DNA from: an uncultured Gemmatimonadales bacterium
GTDB taxonomy: Bacteria; Gemmatimonadota; Gemmatimonadetes; Longimicrobiales; RSA9
Length of the DNA: 64,000 nt
Assembly: GCA_963708135.1 (NCBI GenBank)
Contig: OY970192.1
Span: forward strand, 4,032,001-4,096,000
Direction: 5' to 3'
A program made the position numbers and the translations under genes. The notes under the pieces were generated by a model. It saw nothing but the letters and a program-made list of their open reading frames with translations. It made no database searches and was not told the DNA's origin. This document shows positions 9,712 to 20,232 of this stretch, in pieces. The stretch's first letter is position 1. Each line of letters starts with the position of its first letter.

Positions 9712-10154
9712 CGAAAGCGAAAGCGGCAGCCCTCATCGCGGTAGGCGTCGTCCTGGCCTTCCTGATCGGCTTCGGCTGGCAGTACACCCGAGCCACGCGC
9801 TTCAGCGCGGAACTCGACCGTGCGGATCAGGCACTCGCCTTCCAGCGCCTCGAGGCGACGCTGGGCGCCGCCACCATCGAGGCGCAGGGCGCGGCTTACG
9901 AGCCCGCCCGAAAGCTCGCAAGCGACTTCTTCACCGGGCTCCAGCACGACATTGGCCAGGCCCCCGCAAACGCCACGGCCGGGCTCCGCGCCATCCTCGG
10001 CCAGCGCGACGCGGTGATCACAAGCCTCTCGCGCTCCGACCCGCAGGCCGGGAACGTCCTGGCCGACCTGTTCGAGCAGTACCGCGCCGCGCTCGGCGAG
10101 ACCATTCCGGCCCCCGCGGCGCCGGCGGGGAGCACCGCCGCGCCGCCCCACTGA
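9708..10154 (+). CDS. Hypothetical membrane-anchored protein
   Basis: N-terminal TM helix, helical body, overlaps the dacB stop, SD-like GGAG. Confidence 0.75.
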   Translation: MTKAKAAALIAVGVVLAFLIGFGWQYTRATRFSAELDRADQALAFQRLEATLGAATIEAQGAAYEPARKLASDFFTGLQHDIGQAPANATAGLRAILGQRDAVITSLSRSDPQAGNVLADLFEQYRAALGETIPAPAAPAGSTAAPPH

Positions 10155-10208
10155 GCCGCGCGAGCCGGCTCCGCGCCGGCTTCGCCTCTGACCGCGTCCA
10201 GCCCGCGC

Positions 10209-11096
10209 TCAGCGCCCCGCCGCCGCCCGCTTCTCTCGCCGGCGCCGCTGCGCCAGCGCGCGGCGGGTGGCCCGGTACCCCTCCTCGATGAAGTATTCCG
10301 TCCTGTCGAAGTCGAACGTCGAGAAGCCGTCCAGCCGCGGCCTCACGTGGACCAGGGCCGGGCCGTCCCACGCCGCAAGCCGCGCCTGCCGCTGCGCGTG
10401 CGCCATGATGTCGTACACGCGGTGGTGAATGGCCACCATGCCCTTCGACAGCGTGTCCAGCGCGTCCTTCCGCTCCCCTGCCGAGACGTCAACCGCGATC
10501 ACGAGATCCGCCCCCCGCTCCGCCGCCCGCGTGATCGGCAGAGAGTCTCCCACGCCCCCATCCACGTAGTGCACCCCATCGATCTCCGCGGGCGGAAAGA
10601 ACAGCGGCAGCGCCGAGGAAGCGTAGACCGCGTCCGGAATCGGCACGTCACGGCGCCCATCCCAGCCGAACCACTCCATCCGGCCCGTGTCCAGATCCAC
10701 CGCGTTCATCGACAGCGGCAGAGCGAGCCGGCTGAACCAGCGCTCCGGGACCACCCGGTCGATGTAGGCGCGGAATGCCTCGTCGCGGAATACGCTCGCC
10801 TGACGGATGCCGTTGATCAGCAGCGAGCGGCCGTTCATCGAGACGATGTCCTTCTTCTCGAGCGAGAGCGCCTTCGAGGCCAGCTCCTCCCACCCCTCTC
10901 CCGCCGCCAGGCACGCACCCACCAGCGCCCCGATGCTCGTCCCCACGATCTCCGACACCTCGATCCCGCCCTCCACGATCGCGCGCCACGCGCCGATGTG
11001 CGCCAGCCCCTTGATCCCGCCGCCACCGAGCACCAGCACCACCCGCTGGATCGCCGCTCCCTCCTCACGCGCGCGCGCACGTTTCAGATCCGTCAT
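10209..11096 (-). CDS. Patatin-like phospholipase
   Basis: GGGGIKG, GTSIG and DGG motifs. Confidence 0.9.
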   Translation of the reverse strand: MTDLKRARAREEGAAIQRVVLVLGGGGIKGLAHIGAWRAIVEGGIEVSEIVGTSIGALVGACLAAGEGWEELASKALSLEKKDIVSMNGRSLLINGIRQASVFRDEAFRAYIDRVVPERWFSRLALPLSMNAVDLDTGRMEWFGWDGRRDVPIPDAVYASSALPLFFPPAEIDGVHYVDGGVGDSLPITRAAERGADLVIAVDVSAGERKDALDTLSKGMVAIHHRVYDIMAHAQRQARLAAWDGPALVHVRPRLDGFSTFDFDRTEYFIEEGYRATRRALAQRRRREKRAAAGR

Positions 11097-11251
11097 CCGT
11101 GCTCCTCCCCATTTCTCCGATCCAACTCCCGGACTCGTCCTGGCCCCATCCTCAGGGAACGCGCCACCCGCCGCCGAAGCGACGCACGGCCACCCCTTTC
11201 TACCCTCGGCCGCCCCTCGCGGGGTCCGCGTCCGCACGCGGCTTTCCGCCC

Positions 11252-11280
11252 TTGACACCATTTCCGGCCGCGGGTAGGTT
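11252..11280 (+). promoter_or_regulatory. sigma70 promoter of the suf operon, TTGACA-N17-TAGGTT
   Basis: Perfect -35, 17-bp spacer, TAnnnT -10. Confidence 0.75.
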
Positions 11281-11288
11281 CATAAGTT

Positions 11289-11307
11289 GATATCGAGAAT
11301 CATTCTT
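11289..11307 (+). promoter_or_regulatory. Fur-family operator GATATCGAGAATCATTCTT
   Basis: 14/19 match to GATAATGATAATCATTATC; internal inverted repeat AGAAT-C-ATTCT; AT-rich island just after the -10. Confidence 0.65.
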
Positions 11308-11361
11308 GATGCCTCCGCTTCGCGGAGCCCGTGCACCGCCGGAAGGACGAGGACCAAGGGG

Positions 11362-12135
11362 ATGAACGAGCCGCTGCTGAAGATCTCGAATCTCCACGCG
11401 AGCATCGCGGAGGATGGGACGGAGATCCTGAAGGGGGTGGACCTGGAGCTGGGAGAGGGCGAGATCCACGCGATCATGGGCCCGAACGGCTCGGGGAAGA
11501 GCACGCTCTCGAAGGTGCTCTCGGGCCATCCGGCATACGAGGTGACGGAGGGGGAGGTGTCGTTTCGGGGGGGGAACCTGCTGGAGCTGGGGGTGGACGA
11601 GCGGGCGCGGGAGGGGCTGTTCCTGGCGTTCCAGTACCCGGTGGACATCCCTGGGGTCTCGATCGCGAACTTCCTGCGGACGGCGGTGCAGGCGCGCAAT
11701 CCGGAGGAGGAGGTGGACATCTTCGACTTCCAGGAGGAGCTGCTGGAGAAGATGGCTCTGCTGGAGATGGACCCGAAGTTCGCGGAGCGGAGCGTCAACG
11801 ACGGGTTCAGCGGCGGAGAGAAGAAGCGCAACGAGATCCTTCAGCTGGCGATGCTGCGGCCCCGTCTGGCGGTGCTGGACGAGACGGATTCCGGGCTGGA
11901 CATCGATGCGTTGAAGGTAGTCTCGCGGGGCGTGAACACGATGCACCGCGAGGATCCGAAGGCTACGTTTCTGCTGATCACGCACTACCAGCGGATTCTG
12001 GACTACATCCGGCCGGACCGGGTGCACGTGATGGTGGCGGGGCGGATCGTGGAGTCGGGCGGTCCGGAGCTGGCGGAGCGGCTGGAGGAACAGGGATACG
12101 ACGTGTGGAAGACGGAGCCGGCGCCGGCGCTTTGA
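11362..12135 (+). CDS. sufC: Fe-S cluster assembly ATPase SufC
   Basis: [28 protein letters not shown]. Confidence 0.97.
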   Translation: MNEPLLKISNLHASIAEDGTEILKGVDLELGEGEIHAIMGPNGSGKSTLSKVLSGHPAYEVTEGEVSFRGGNLLELGVDERAREGLFLAFQYPVDIPGVSIANFLRTAVQARNPEEEVDIFDFQEELLEKMALLEMDPKFAERSVNDGFSGGEKKRNEILQLAMLRPRLAVLDETDSGLDIDALKVVSRGVNTMHREDPKATFLLITHYQRILDYIRPDRVHVMVAGRIVESGGPELAERLEEQGYDVWKTEPAPAL

Positions 12136-12185
12136 GGCGCGCGGCCGAACGGGCGCGCGAGTGAGGTTCTGAGAGAGGTTGGACG

Positions 12186-13601
12186 ATGCCGCAGAACGAG
12201 ACGGTCCAGGGGCTCGGGCTCGAGGAGTACAAATACGGCTTCATCACGGCGGACAAGCCCGTCTTCAAGGCGCAGAAGGGGCTCTCCGAGGAGGTGGTGC
12301 GGCAGATCTCGGCGCACAAGGGGGAGCCGGAATGGATGCTGAAGTTCCGGCTGAAGGCGCTCCGGATCTACGAGTCGAAGCCGATGCCGACGTGGGGTGG
12401 GGATCTGTCCCAGCTGGATGCGACGCTGGACGAGATCTACTATTACCTGAAGCCGCAGGAGCGGATGGAGCGCTCCTGGGACGATGTTCCGCAGGAGATC
12501 AAGGATACGTTCGAGAAGCTGGGGATCCCGGAGGCCGAGCGGAAGGTGCTCGCCGGGGTGGGGGCGCAGTACGAGTCCGAGATGGTCTACCACTCGCTCA
12601 AGCGGGAGTGGGAGGAGAAGGGGATCATCTTCGACTCGATCGAGGACGGACTGCGAAAGCACCCCGAGCTGTTCCGCGAGTATTTCGGCACGGTGATTCC
12701 CCCGGCGGACAACAAGTTCGCGGCGCTGAACTCGGCGGTGTGGTCGGGCGGCTCGTTCGTCTACATCCCGAAGGGCGTGAAGGTGGAGACGCCGCTGCAG
12801 GCCTACTTCCGGGTGAACGCGGAGCGGATGGGCCAGTTCGAGCGCACGCTGATCATCGTCGATGAAGGGGCGCAGGCGCAGTACATCGAGGGGTGCACGG
12901 CGCCGGTCTACTCGACGGAATCGTTTCACTCGGGCGTGATCGAGATCATCGTCAAGCCGAACGCGCGCTTCCGCTACGTCACGATCCAGAACTGGTCCAA
13001 CAACATGTACAACCTGGTGACGCAGCGGGCGCTGGTGCACGAGCACGGCAAGATGGAATGGCTGGACGGGAACCTGGGCTCGAAGCTGACGATGAAGTAC
13101 CCGTCATGCTACCTGGTGGGGGCGGGAGCGCACGGCTCGATCCTGTCGATCGCGTACGCGGGCAACGGGCAGCACCAGGACACGGGCGGCAAGGTCGTCC
13201 ACGCCGCACCGCACACGACGTCACAGATCATCTCGAAGTCGATCTCGAAGGGAACGGGCCGGGCCTCCTACCGCGGGCTGGCCAAAGTGTATGACGGCGC
13301 GACGGGCGCGAAGTCGAACGTCGAGTGCGACGCGCTGCTGCTGGACGAGACGGCGCGGACGGACACGTTCCCCTACATCGAGATCGAGGAGAACACCGCC
13401 AACATCGGCCACGAGGCCACGGTCTCGAAGATCGGCGACGAGCAGCTGTTCTACCTCATGAGCCGGGGACTCTCCGAGGGGGAGGCCTCGGCCATGATCG
13501 TGCGCGGCTTCATCGAGCCGATCGCGAAGCAGCTGCCACTCGAGTACGCGGTCGAGCTGAACCGGCTGATCGAGCTGGAGATGGAGGGGAGCGTTGGCTG
13601 A
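12186..13601 (+). CDS. sufB: Fe-S cluster assembly protein SufB
   Basis: AQYESE, GQFERT, EGCTAP, HEATVSK. Confidence 0.97.
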   Translation: MPQNETVQGLGLEEYKYGFITADKPVFKAQKGLSEEVVRQISAHKGEPEWMLKFRLKALRIYESKPMPTWGGDLSQLDATLDEIYYYLKPQERMERSWDDVPQEIKDTFEKLGIPEAERKVLAGVGAQYESEMVYHSLKREWEEKGIIFDSIEDGLRKHPELFREYFGTVIPPADNKFAALNSAVWSGGSFVYIPKGVKVETPLQAYFRVNAERMGQFERTLIIVDEGAQAQYIEGCTAPVYSTESFHSGVIEIIVKPNARFRYVTIQNWSNNMYNLVTQRALVHEHGKMEWLDGNLGSKLTMKYPSCYLVGAGAHGSILSIAYAGNGQHQDTGGKVVHAAPHTTSQIISKSISKGTGRASYRGLAKVYDGATGAKSNVECDALLLDETARTDTFPYIEIEENTANIGHEATVSKIGDEQLFYLMSRGLSEGEASAMIVRGFIEPIAKQLPLEYAVELNRLIELEMEGSVG

Positions 13602-14931
13602 GTCGTCCACGGCCGTGACGCCCGCGCTGGAAGCGGAGGGTGTGAACGACGCCTTCAACCGCGCGGCCGTGGAAGCCGCGGGCGCCGACGAGCCGGAGTG
13701 GCTGCGGCAGCGCCGGCTGGAGGCCTGGCAGGTCTACGAGCGGACTCCGCTGCCGACCCGGAAGATGGAGGAGTGGCGCTACACGGACGTCTCGCTGCTC
13801 TCGCTGGACGCCGTGCGCCTGGCGGCCACTCCCGCAGACGCGCCGGTGCCGGGCGAGGCACGCCTGCTCCTGCGCGACCGGATCGCGTCGGGCAAGGTGC
13901 TGCAGGTGGGCTCCCGCATCGTCGAGGTCGAGCTGAACGACGCGCTGCGCGCGAAGGGCGTGATCCTCATGGACCTCGGGCGGGCGGTGTGCGAGCACGG
14001 TGAGCTGGTGGAGCGCTACCTCGCCACGCGCGCGCTGCCGGCGGAGCGGGGGAAGTTCGAGGCGCTCTCGGCAGCGCTGTGGAAGTCCGGCGTTTTCCTC
14101 TACGTGCCCCGGGGGGTCCGGCTGACGGAGCCGGTGCGGGTGGCGCGCTGGTTGCCGGAGGCGGGCATCGCCGTGCTGCCGCGCACGCTGATCCTGGCCG
14201 AGGAAGGCAGCCACGTCGCGTACGTCGAGGAGTTCGCCTCGCCGGCCTTCGAGACGCCGGCTCTCTCGCTCGGCGGCGTGGAGGTGTTCGCCGGGGACGG
14301 CGCGGACGTGCAGTACGTGGCTCTTCAGCGCTGGGGCCGCGGCGTGAAGCACCTGTCGATGCAGCGGACGCTGGCGGGGCGGGACGCGAACCTGGACTCG
14401 CTGGTGGTGAACCTGGGCGCGTCGGTGGCGCGGGTGGACCTGGCGGCGGCGCTGGAGGGACCGGGCGCCCGCAGCGACATGCTGGGTCTCTACTTCGGCG
14501 AGGGCTCGCAGCACTTCGACCACAACACGCGGCAGGACCACACGGTGCCTCACGCCACCAGCGACCTGCTCTACAAGGGCGCGCTGTACGATGAGGCAAG
14601 GGCGATCTTCCGGGGGCTGATCAAGGTTTTCCCGAAGGCGCAGCGTACGGACGCGTATCAGACGAACCGTAACCTGCTCCTGTCGGACAAGGCGCAAGCG
14701 ACGTCGTTGCCGAACCTCGAGATCGAGGCGGACGACGTACGTTGCTCCCACGCGGCGACGGTGGGGCACCTGGATGACGAGGAGTTGTTCTACATCATGA
14801 GCCGGGGCGTGCCGCGCCGGCAGGCGGAGCGCCTGGTGGTATTCGGCTTCTTCGGCGAGGTGCTCGAGCGGCTGCCGCTGCCGGGCGTGGTCGAGGAGCT
14901 GCGCGCGGCGATCGAGCGGAAGATCGGGTAG
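13594..14931 (+). CDS. sufD: Fe-S cluster assembly protein SufD
   Basis: [30 protein letters not shown]. Confidence 0.95.
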   Translation: MAESSTAVTPALEAEGVNDAFNRAAVEAAGADEPEWLRQRRLEAWQVYERTPLPTRKMEEWRYTDVSLLSLDAVRLAATPADAPVPGEARLLLRDRIASGKVLQVGSRIVEVELNDALRAKGVILMDLGRAVCEHGELVERYLATRALPAERGKFEALSAALWKSGVFLYVPRGVRLTEPVRVARWLPEAGIAVLPRTLILAEEGSHVAYVEEFASPAFETPALSLGGVEVFAGDGADVQYVALQRWGRGVKHLSMQRTLAGRDANLDSLVVNLGASVARVDLAAALEGPGARSDMLGLYFGEGSQHFDHNTRQDHTVPHATSDLLYKGALYDEARAIFRGLIKVFPKAQRTDAYQTNRNLLLSDKAQATSLPNLEIEADDVRCSHAATVGHLDDEELFYIMSRGVPRRQAERLVVFGFFGEVLERLPLPGVVEELRAAIERKIG

Positions 14932-15243
14932 GTGCCCGAGGGCTACATCCGGGTGGCCTCGGTATCGGAGGTCGCGCCGGGGACGCTGCTGGGCGTGGAG
15001 GTCGAGGGGCGCCGGATCTGCCTGGCCAACGTGGACGGCGAGATCTACGCGCTGCAGGACAACTGCTCGCACGAGGACTTCCCGCTCTCGGCCGGCGATC
15101 TCGAGGACGACGAGTTGACCTGTGCCTGGCACGGCGCGCGCTTCGACGTCACGACCGGCCGGGCGCTCTGCCTTCCCGCCATCCGGCCCGTGAGGACGTT
15201 CGACGTGAGAGTGGAGGGCGACGCGGTCTACGTCGCCCCCTGA
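14932..15243 (+). CDS. Rieske [2Fe-2S] ferredoxin
   Basis: CSH...CAWH ligand motifs. Confidence 0.92.
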   Translation: MPEGYIRVASVSEVAPGTLLGVEVEGRRICLANVDGEIYALQDNCSHEDFPLSAGDLEDDELTCAWHGARFDVTTGRALCLPAIRPVRTFDVRVEGDAVYVAP

Positions 15244-15261
15244 CCGCAATTGGAGGAACGC

Positions 15262-16545
15262 ATGGCCACCCGCACCGAGCATTCAGCCCGCGGGGAGCCG
15301 CGCGTCTCCGCCCCGCCGCTGGACCTCGCCTCGGTCCGCGCCGAGTACCCCGCCCTGCACCAGGACGTCAACGGCTATCCGCTGGCCTACCTGGACAGCG
15401 CCGCATCCGCCCAGCGACCGCGCGCCGTGATCGACGCGGTGCGGCACTTCTACGAGCACGACAACGCCAATGTGCACCGTGGGCTGTATGCCCTCTCCCA
15501 GCGGGCGACGGACCGCTTCGAGGCGGCCCGGGAGACGGTCGCGCACTTCGTGAACGCGCGCGAGACGGCCGAGCTCGTCTGGGTGCGCGGCACGACGGAG
15601 GCGGTGAACCTCGTGGCCGCCACGTGGGGCGCGGCGAACCTCGCTGCGGGCGACGAGATCGTCCTCACGATGCTCGAGCACCACTCGAACATCGTGCCGT
15701 GGCAGCTCGCGGCGGAACGGTCGGGCGCCGTGGTACGCTGGCTCGACATCGACGAGGAGGGGCGGCTCCGGCTGGACCAGCTGGACGAACTTCTCGGTCC
15801 ACGCACGAAGCTGGTGGCCGTGGGGCACGTCTCGAACGCGCTCGGCACCGTCAACCCCGTGCGTGAAATCGTGGCTCGGGCCCACGCGGTGGGCGCACGC
15901 GTGCTGATCGATGGCGCGCAGGGTGCCGTCCACCTGAGCGTCGATGTGCAGGCGCTCGACTGCGACTTCTACGCTTTCTCCGGCCACAAGATGGGCGCTC
16001 CGATGGGGATCGGCGCGCTGTGGGCCCGGCGCGAGCTGCTGGAGGCGATGCCGCCGTACCAGGGCGGCGGCGAGATGATCGACCACGTGGGCCTGGACGG
16101 CTCGACCTGGGCGGCGGTGCCCCACAAGTTCGAGGCCGGAACGCCGAACGTGGCCGGTGCCATCGGGCTGGCCGCCGCGCTGGACCATCTCGGCGCGGTA
16201 GGCTGGGAGGCGATCCGCGGGCACGAGCGGGAGCTCGTCGCTTACGGGCTGGAGGTCCTCCCGCGCGTGCCAGGGCTGCGGCTCTTCGGCCCTCGTACCG
16301 AGGACGACCGGGTGGCGGTGTTCTCGTTCGAGCTGGAGGGCGTCCACCCGCACGATGTCGCGACCGTGCTGGACGCCGAGGGCGTGGCCGTGCGCGCGGG
16401 TCATCATTGCGCGCAGCCGCTCATGCGGCGCCTCGGAGTCCATGCCACGACCCGTGCCTCCTGCTACCTTTACAACACGTTCGACGAGCTCGACCGCCTG
16501 GTGGCGGCGCTCGGCTCCGCGAGACGGCTGTTCCATGGCGAATGA
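15262..16545 (+). CDS. sufS: Cysteine desulfurase SufS
   Basis: YLDSAAS, SGHKM, RAGHHCAQP. Confidence 0.96.
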   Translation: MATRTEHSARGEPRVSAPPLDLASVRAEYPALHQDVNGYPLAYLDSAASAQRPRAVIDAVRHFYEHDNANVHRGLYALSQRATDRFEAARETVAHFVNARETAELVWVRGTTEAVNLVAATWGAANLAAGDEIVLTMLEHHSNIVPWQLAAERSGAVVRWLDIDEEGRLRLDQLDELLGPRTKLVAVGHVSNALGTVNPVREIVARAHAVGARVLIDGAQGAVHLSVDVQALDCDFYAFSGHKMGAPMGIGALWARRELLEAMPPYQGGGEMIDHVGLDGSTWAAVPHKFEAGTPNVAGAIGLAAALDHLGAVGWEAIRGHERELVAYGLEVLPRVPGLRLFGPRTEDDRVAVFSFELEGVHPHDVATVLDAEGVAVRAGHHCAQPLMRRLGVHATTRASCYLYNTFDELDRLVAALGSARRLFHGE

Positions 16546-17002
16546 ACCCACGACGCCCGCACTGGCCTCGCTCTACCAGGAGCTGATCCTGGAGCACTAC
16601 AGGCACCCCCGGAACCAGGGGGAGCTGCCCGAGGCGGATGTGGACATCCGGATGAACAACCCCACCTGCGGCGATGACGTCCACCTCCAGCTGCACGTCG
16701 AGGGTGGCACCATCCGGGACGTGAAGTTCACCGGCACCGGCTGCTCCATCTCGCAGGCGTCCATCTCGATGATGACGCAGCTCCTCGCCGGGCGGACGCC
16801 GGAGGAGGCACGCGGCCTCGCGGAGCGCTTCACGGAGATGATGCGTGGCGATGCGGAAGCGGCGCGGGACCGAAGCCTCGGGGACCTGCGCGCGCTGTCC
16901 GGCGTGAGCGCGTATCCGGTACGGGTCAAGTGCGCGCTGCTGGGCTGGAACGCGCTCACCGAGGGGCTGCGGCGCCTTACGGACGACGCGCGGCAGGAGT
17001 AG
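16535..17002 (+). CDS. sufU: SUF system sulfur-transfer protein SufU
   Basis: LYQELILEHY, NPTCGD, GCSISQAS, RVKCA. Confidence 0.95.
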   Translation: MANEPTTPALASLYQELILEHYRHPRNQGELPEADVDIRMNNPTCGDDVHLQLHVEGGTIRDVKFTGTGCSISQASISMMTQLLAGRTPEEARGLAERFTEMMRGDAEAARDRSLGDLRALSGVSAYPVRVKCALLGWNALTEGLRRLTDDARQE

Positions 17003-17040
17003 CGCGACCAGGGCCGCGGCGCCGCACGGAGGAGGACGGC

Positions 17041-18339
17041 ATGGGCAACGGCGGAGGCGGGCGACGGGTCGTGATCGTGGAGGGCGTGCGGACGCCGTTC
17101 TGCAGAGCGGGCACGGAGCTGCGCGACATGAGCGCGATCGACCTGGGCACGATCGCCGTGCGCGAGCTGCTCGAGCGCGCCGACATCGCGCCGGAGACGG
17201 TCGAGCACCTGGTCTACGGCACCGTGGTCCATTCGGTGCGCGCACCCAACATCGCCCGCGAGGTCTCCCTCGGCGCGGGGCTACCGCCGACCGTCCCATC
17301 CTTCACGGTCAGCCGCGCCTGCGCCTCCGCGAACCAGGCGATCACCTCCGCGGCCGAGAGCATCGGGCAGGGCTATGCGGACGTGGTCGTGGCCGGCGGC
17401 GCGGAATCCCTCTCCGACATCCCGATCCTCGTGGGCAAGGGGATGCGCGACGCGCTTGTGTCCGCCTCGAAGGCGCGCAGCGTGAGCGCCCGCGTGAAGG
17501 CGTTCGCCGGGCTGCGGCCGCGCGACTTCGTCCCGATCACGCCCGCCATCGCCGAGCCGACCACGGGCGAGACGATGGGCGAGAGCGCGGAGCGGATGGC
17601 CAAGGAGAACCACATCTCGCGGGAGGCGCAGGACCGCTGGGCGCTGCGCTCGCACCAGCGGGCGCTCGAGGGGACGCGCGACGGGCGGCTGACGCGCGAG
17701 ATCGTGGCCACGTACATCCCGCCGGACTACTCCCGCGTGGTCACGGAGGACAACGGGATCCGGGCCGACACCAGCCTGGAGAAGCTGGCCGCGCTGAAGC
17801 CGGTCTTCGACCGCCGCTACGGCACCGTGACGGCGGGCAACTCCTCTCCGCTCACCGACGGCGCATCGGCGGTGCTCCTCATGAGCGAGGAGCGGGCGCG
17901 GGCGCTCGGCGTCGAGCCGCTCGGGGCGATTCGGAGCTGGGCGTACGCGGCGCTGTCCCCGTCGGACCAGCTGCTGCAGGGGCCGGCCTACGCCGCACCC
18001 CTCGCCCTGGACCGGGCGGGGCTCGGGATGAAGGACATCGAGCTGATGGAGATGCACGAGGCCTTCGCGGCGCAGGTGCTTTCGAACCTGCAGTGGCTGG
18101 ATTCCGAAACCGTCGCGCGCGAAAAGCTCGGCCGCGCGGCGAAGGTCGGCATTCCGGATGAGGACCGGATCAACGTGATGGGCGGGAGCATCGCGATCGG
18201 ACACCCGTTCGGGGCCACGGGGGGCCGGCTGACGATCACGCTGCTGCAGGAGATGAAGCGGCGCGGCCTCGGCCTGGGCCTCATCACCGTCTGCGCGGCC
18301 GGCGCCCTCGGCTTCGCGATGGTCGTGGAGCGAGACTGA
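17041..18339 (+). CDS. fadI: Acetyl-CoA C-acyltransferase (thiolase, FadI-like)
   Basis: SRACAS, HEAFA, GHPFGATG, VCAAG. Confidence 0.85.
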   Translation: MGNGGGGRRVVIVEGVRTPFCRAGTELRDMSAIDLGTIAVRELLERADIAPETVEHLVYGTVVHSVRAPNIAREVSLGAGLPPTVPSFTVSRACASANQAITSAAESIGQGYADVVVAGGAESLSDIPILVGKGMRDALVSASKARSVSARVKAFAGLRPRDFVPITPAIAEPTTGETMGESAERMAKENHISREAQDRWALRSHQRALEGTRDGRLTREIVATYIPPDYSRVVTEDNGIRADTSLEKLAALKPVFDRRYGTVTAGNSSPLTDGASAVLLMSEERARALGVEPLGAIRSWAYAALSPSDQLLQGPAYAAPLALDRAGLGMKDIELMEMHEAFAAQVLSNLQWLDSETVAREKLGRAAKVGIPDEDRINVMGGSIAIGHPFGATGGRLTITLLQEMKRRGLGLGLITVCAAGALGFAMVVERD

Positions 18340-18342
18340 GCG

Positions 18343-18816
18343 TCAGGCGCGTCCGGCCTCGCGGACCGCCTCCTTGATGCGGCGGAAGGGTGGCAGCACG
18401 GACGGGTTCTCGTCCATCCAGGCGAACACGACGCGGCCATCGCGGCTGACGACGAACGCCGCCCGGTTCGATACGCCCTTCAGGCCGTAGAGCTCCTCAC
18501 GCAACACGCCGTAAGCGGCACTGGCCTCGCGGTTGAAGTCGGAGAGCACCGGAAATGGCGCGTTGCACGCCTCCGCGAAGCGCTGGTTCACCCAGGGGGA
18601 GTCCACGCTGATCCCGAGCACCTGCGCGCCCAGGCTCTCGTAGAGCCCGTAGTCCTCCGCGACGCCGCAGATCTCCTCGGTACACGTCGAAGAGAACGCG
18701 AGCGGGAAGAAGAGGATGACGAGTGTACGCCCGCGATAGTCCGACAGCCGCACCGGCGGCTCCTTCGGGCGCTGGAACAGTCTGAAATCCGGCGCGATAT
18801 CCCCCACCTGCAGCAT
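18343..18816 (-). CDS. Peroxiredoxin (AhpE-like)
   Basis: FFPLAFSSTCTEEIC, GISVDS, LSDF, NRA. Confidence 0.85.
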   Translation of the reverse strand: MLQVGDIAPDFRLFQRPKEPPVRLSDYRGRTLVILFFPLAFSSTCTEEICGVAEDYGLYESLGAQVLGISVDSPWVNQRFAEACNAPFPVLSDFNREASAAYGVLREELYGLKGVSNRAAFVVSRDGRVVFAWMDENPSVLPPFRRIKEAVREAGRA

Positions 18817-18870
18817 TGCCCCGCCTCGTTCTCGTGAATCAGGGTCGCGAGTCCCGCATCGGGGCTTCCC

Positions 18871-19824
18871 TCACGCTGGTTCCTCCCTTGCCGCCCGGCC
18901 GGCACCCCCGGCACGCCGGAGGACGTGGCGCAGGCCGCGCCACCCCGCCAGCGCCCGCATGTCGTCCTCGTCGCCCCACCGCCCGTCCGAGCGTTGCGAG
19001 ACCGTGAGCAGGCCCGCCACGCGCTCGATCGATCGCTCCATCTCCGGAGCGGCGTACCCACGCTCGACCGCGCGCATGAGCAGCGCCATGCTCTCGAAGG
19101 GATCCACGCCCGCCCAGGTTCCTTCGCCGCGCTGGGTGCGCGCCAGCGCCGTCAGTCCCTGCGCCACCGCCTCGACATTGCGTTCCGTCCCGGCCGCCTC
19201 CAGGAGGGCGGCCAGCACCGCGTGGGCGGCGTGGGCCGAGAACACCGGCTCGCCCTCCGGCGCGGCCCAGATCGAGAGGATCCGCCTCAATGCCTCGATG
19301 TGCAGCTGGACGGCCGTACCCGTGCCGCCCCAGACCAGCACGGCCCGGAGCGCAGCGGAGGACAGCACGAGCGCCTGCTCTGCCCCCGGCCCGGCGCCCG
19401 CCAAGGGCGGGCCCTCCTGCACCGGGTCGCCCGGCCCCGGCGCATAGAAGCCCGCCGCGAAGTGGTGGCACAGCCCGACCCCGTGAGCCGCCGGCGTGCA
19501 GCCATCGCCGAAGCGACCCGGCCGGCCCGCCTGCGTCCGCAGCCAGTCGAGCGCCGCCTTCGCCGCGGGCTCCATGGACGCGCCCTCGCAGCCGAGCTCC
19601 CGGAGCCGGACGAGCGCCGCCGCCGTGCGGGCGATGCTGCCCTTCCAGCTCCCGTCGGGCCCGTGTCCCGCGACCAGGGTCGCGCACCAGCCCGCCACCA
19701 GCGTCGCGTCCGCCGGCGCCGCTACCCCACCCTGCCTGCGCGCCAGCACCCCCGCCGGCGTCCGCTCCGCCAGCAACCAGGCCTCCAGCCGCGCGAGCGA
19801 CCGCCTCAGATTCTCTTCGTTCAC
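18871..19824 (-). CDS. Hypothetical protein with prenyltransferase/squalene-cyclase-like QW repeats
   Basis: HGPDGSW, QRGEGTW and QRSDGRW repeats separated by helical segments. Confidence 0.55.
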   Translation of the reverse strand: MNEENLRRSLARLEAWLLAERTPAGVLARRQGGVAAPADATLVAGWCATLVAGHGPDGSWKGSIARTAAALVRLRELGCEGASMEPAAKAALDWLRTQAGRPGRFGDGCTPAAHGVGLCHHFAAGFYAPGPGDPVQEGPPLAGAGPGAEQALVLSSAALRAVLVWGGTGTAVQLHIEALRRILSIWAAPEGEPVFSAHAAHAVLAALLEAAGTERNVEAVAQGLTALARTQRGEGTWAGVDPFESMALLMRAVERGYAAPEMERSIERVAGLLTVSQRSDGRWGDEDDMRALAGWRGLRHVLRRAGGAGRAAREEPA

Positions 19825-19878
19825 GGGCGATCCCGTCGCCTCATGTCCGGCACCCGAGCGGCCGATACTTCAGCTGCA

Positions 19879-19917
19879 GGTGTAACGGAACATTCTCTTG
19901 TCGGTGTAACGAAACAT
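19879..19917. promoter_or_regulatory. Tandem direct repeat GGTGTAACGRAACAT x2 (candidate operator)
   Basis: 14/15 identical copies at 19879 and 19903 in a divergent, AT-richer intergenic region. Confidence 0.5.
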
Positions 19918-20073
19918 GTCACGTCCGGGCCCCCTCGGGCGTTGCCATATAGAGCGGAAATCACGGTCCGGCAGCGGATTGCCGGATCGGCGGCGGAGGG
20001 CACGGAAAATGCCCTCGTCGCCCTCGACCCGCCGCTTGGCGGGTCCCCGTTCACGCCGAACGCGGGAGGCCCT

Positions 20074-20232
20074 ATTCGCACCTTGAGTGTCAGCCTGTTG
20101 GCAGTCGCCGCCATCGCGGCGAGTCTCCTGATCGTGCGCCGCGAGCAGCGGCCGCAGCACGGGCTCGTCCCCGCCGGTGAGGTCCTGCCGGCCGAGCAGT
20201 CGCTGGACGCGATCCGGGAAGCCGGGCTCTAG
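20074..20232 (+). CDS. Small single-TM protein, about 50 aa (start ATT 20074 or TTG 20083)
   Basis: GGAGG at 20065-20069; RTLSVSLLAVAAIAASLLIVRR...DAIREAGL; GC3-rich codons. Confidence 0.55.
   Translation: MRTLSVSLLAVAAIAASLLIVRREQRPQHGLVPAGEVLPAEQSLDAIREAGL

Noticed and set aside
19879..19917. Mini CRISPR array
   Set aside because: Only two 15-bp units with a 9-bp spacer, and no cas genes.
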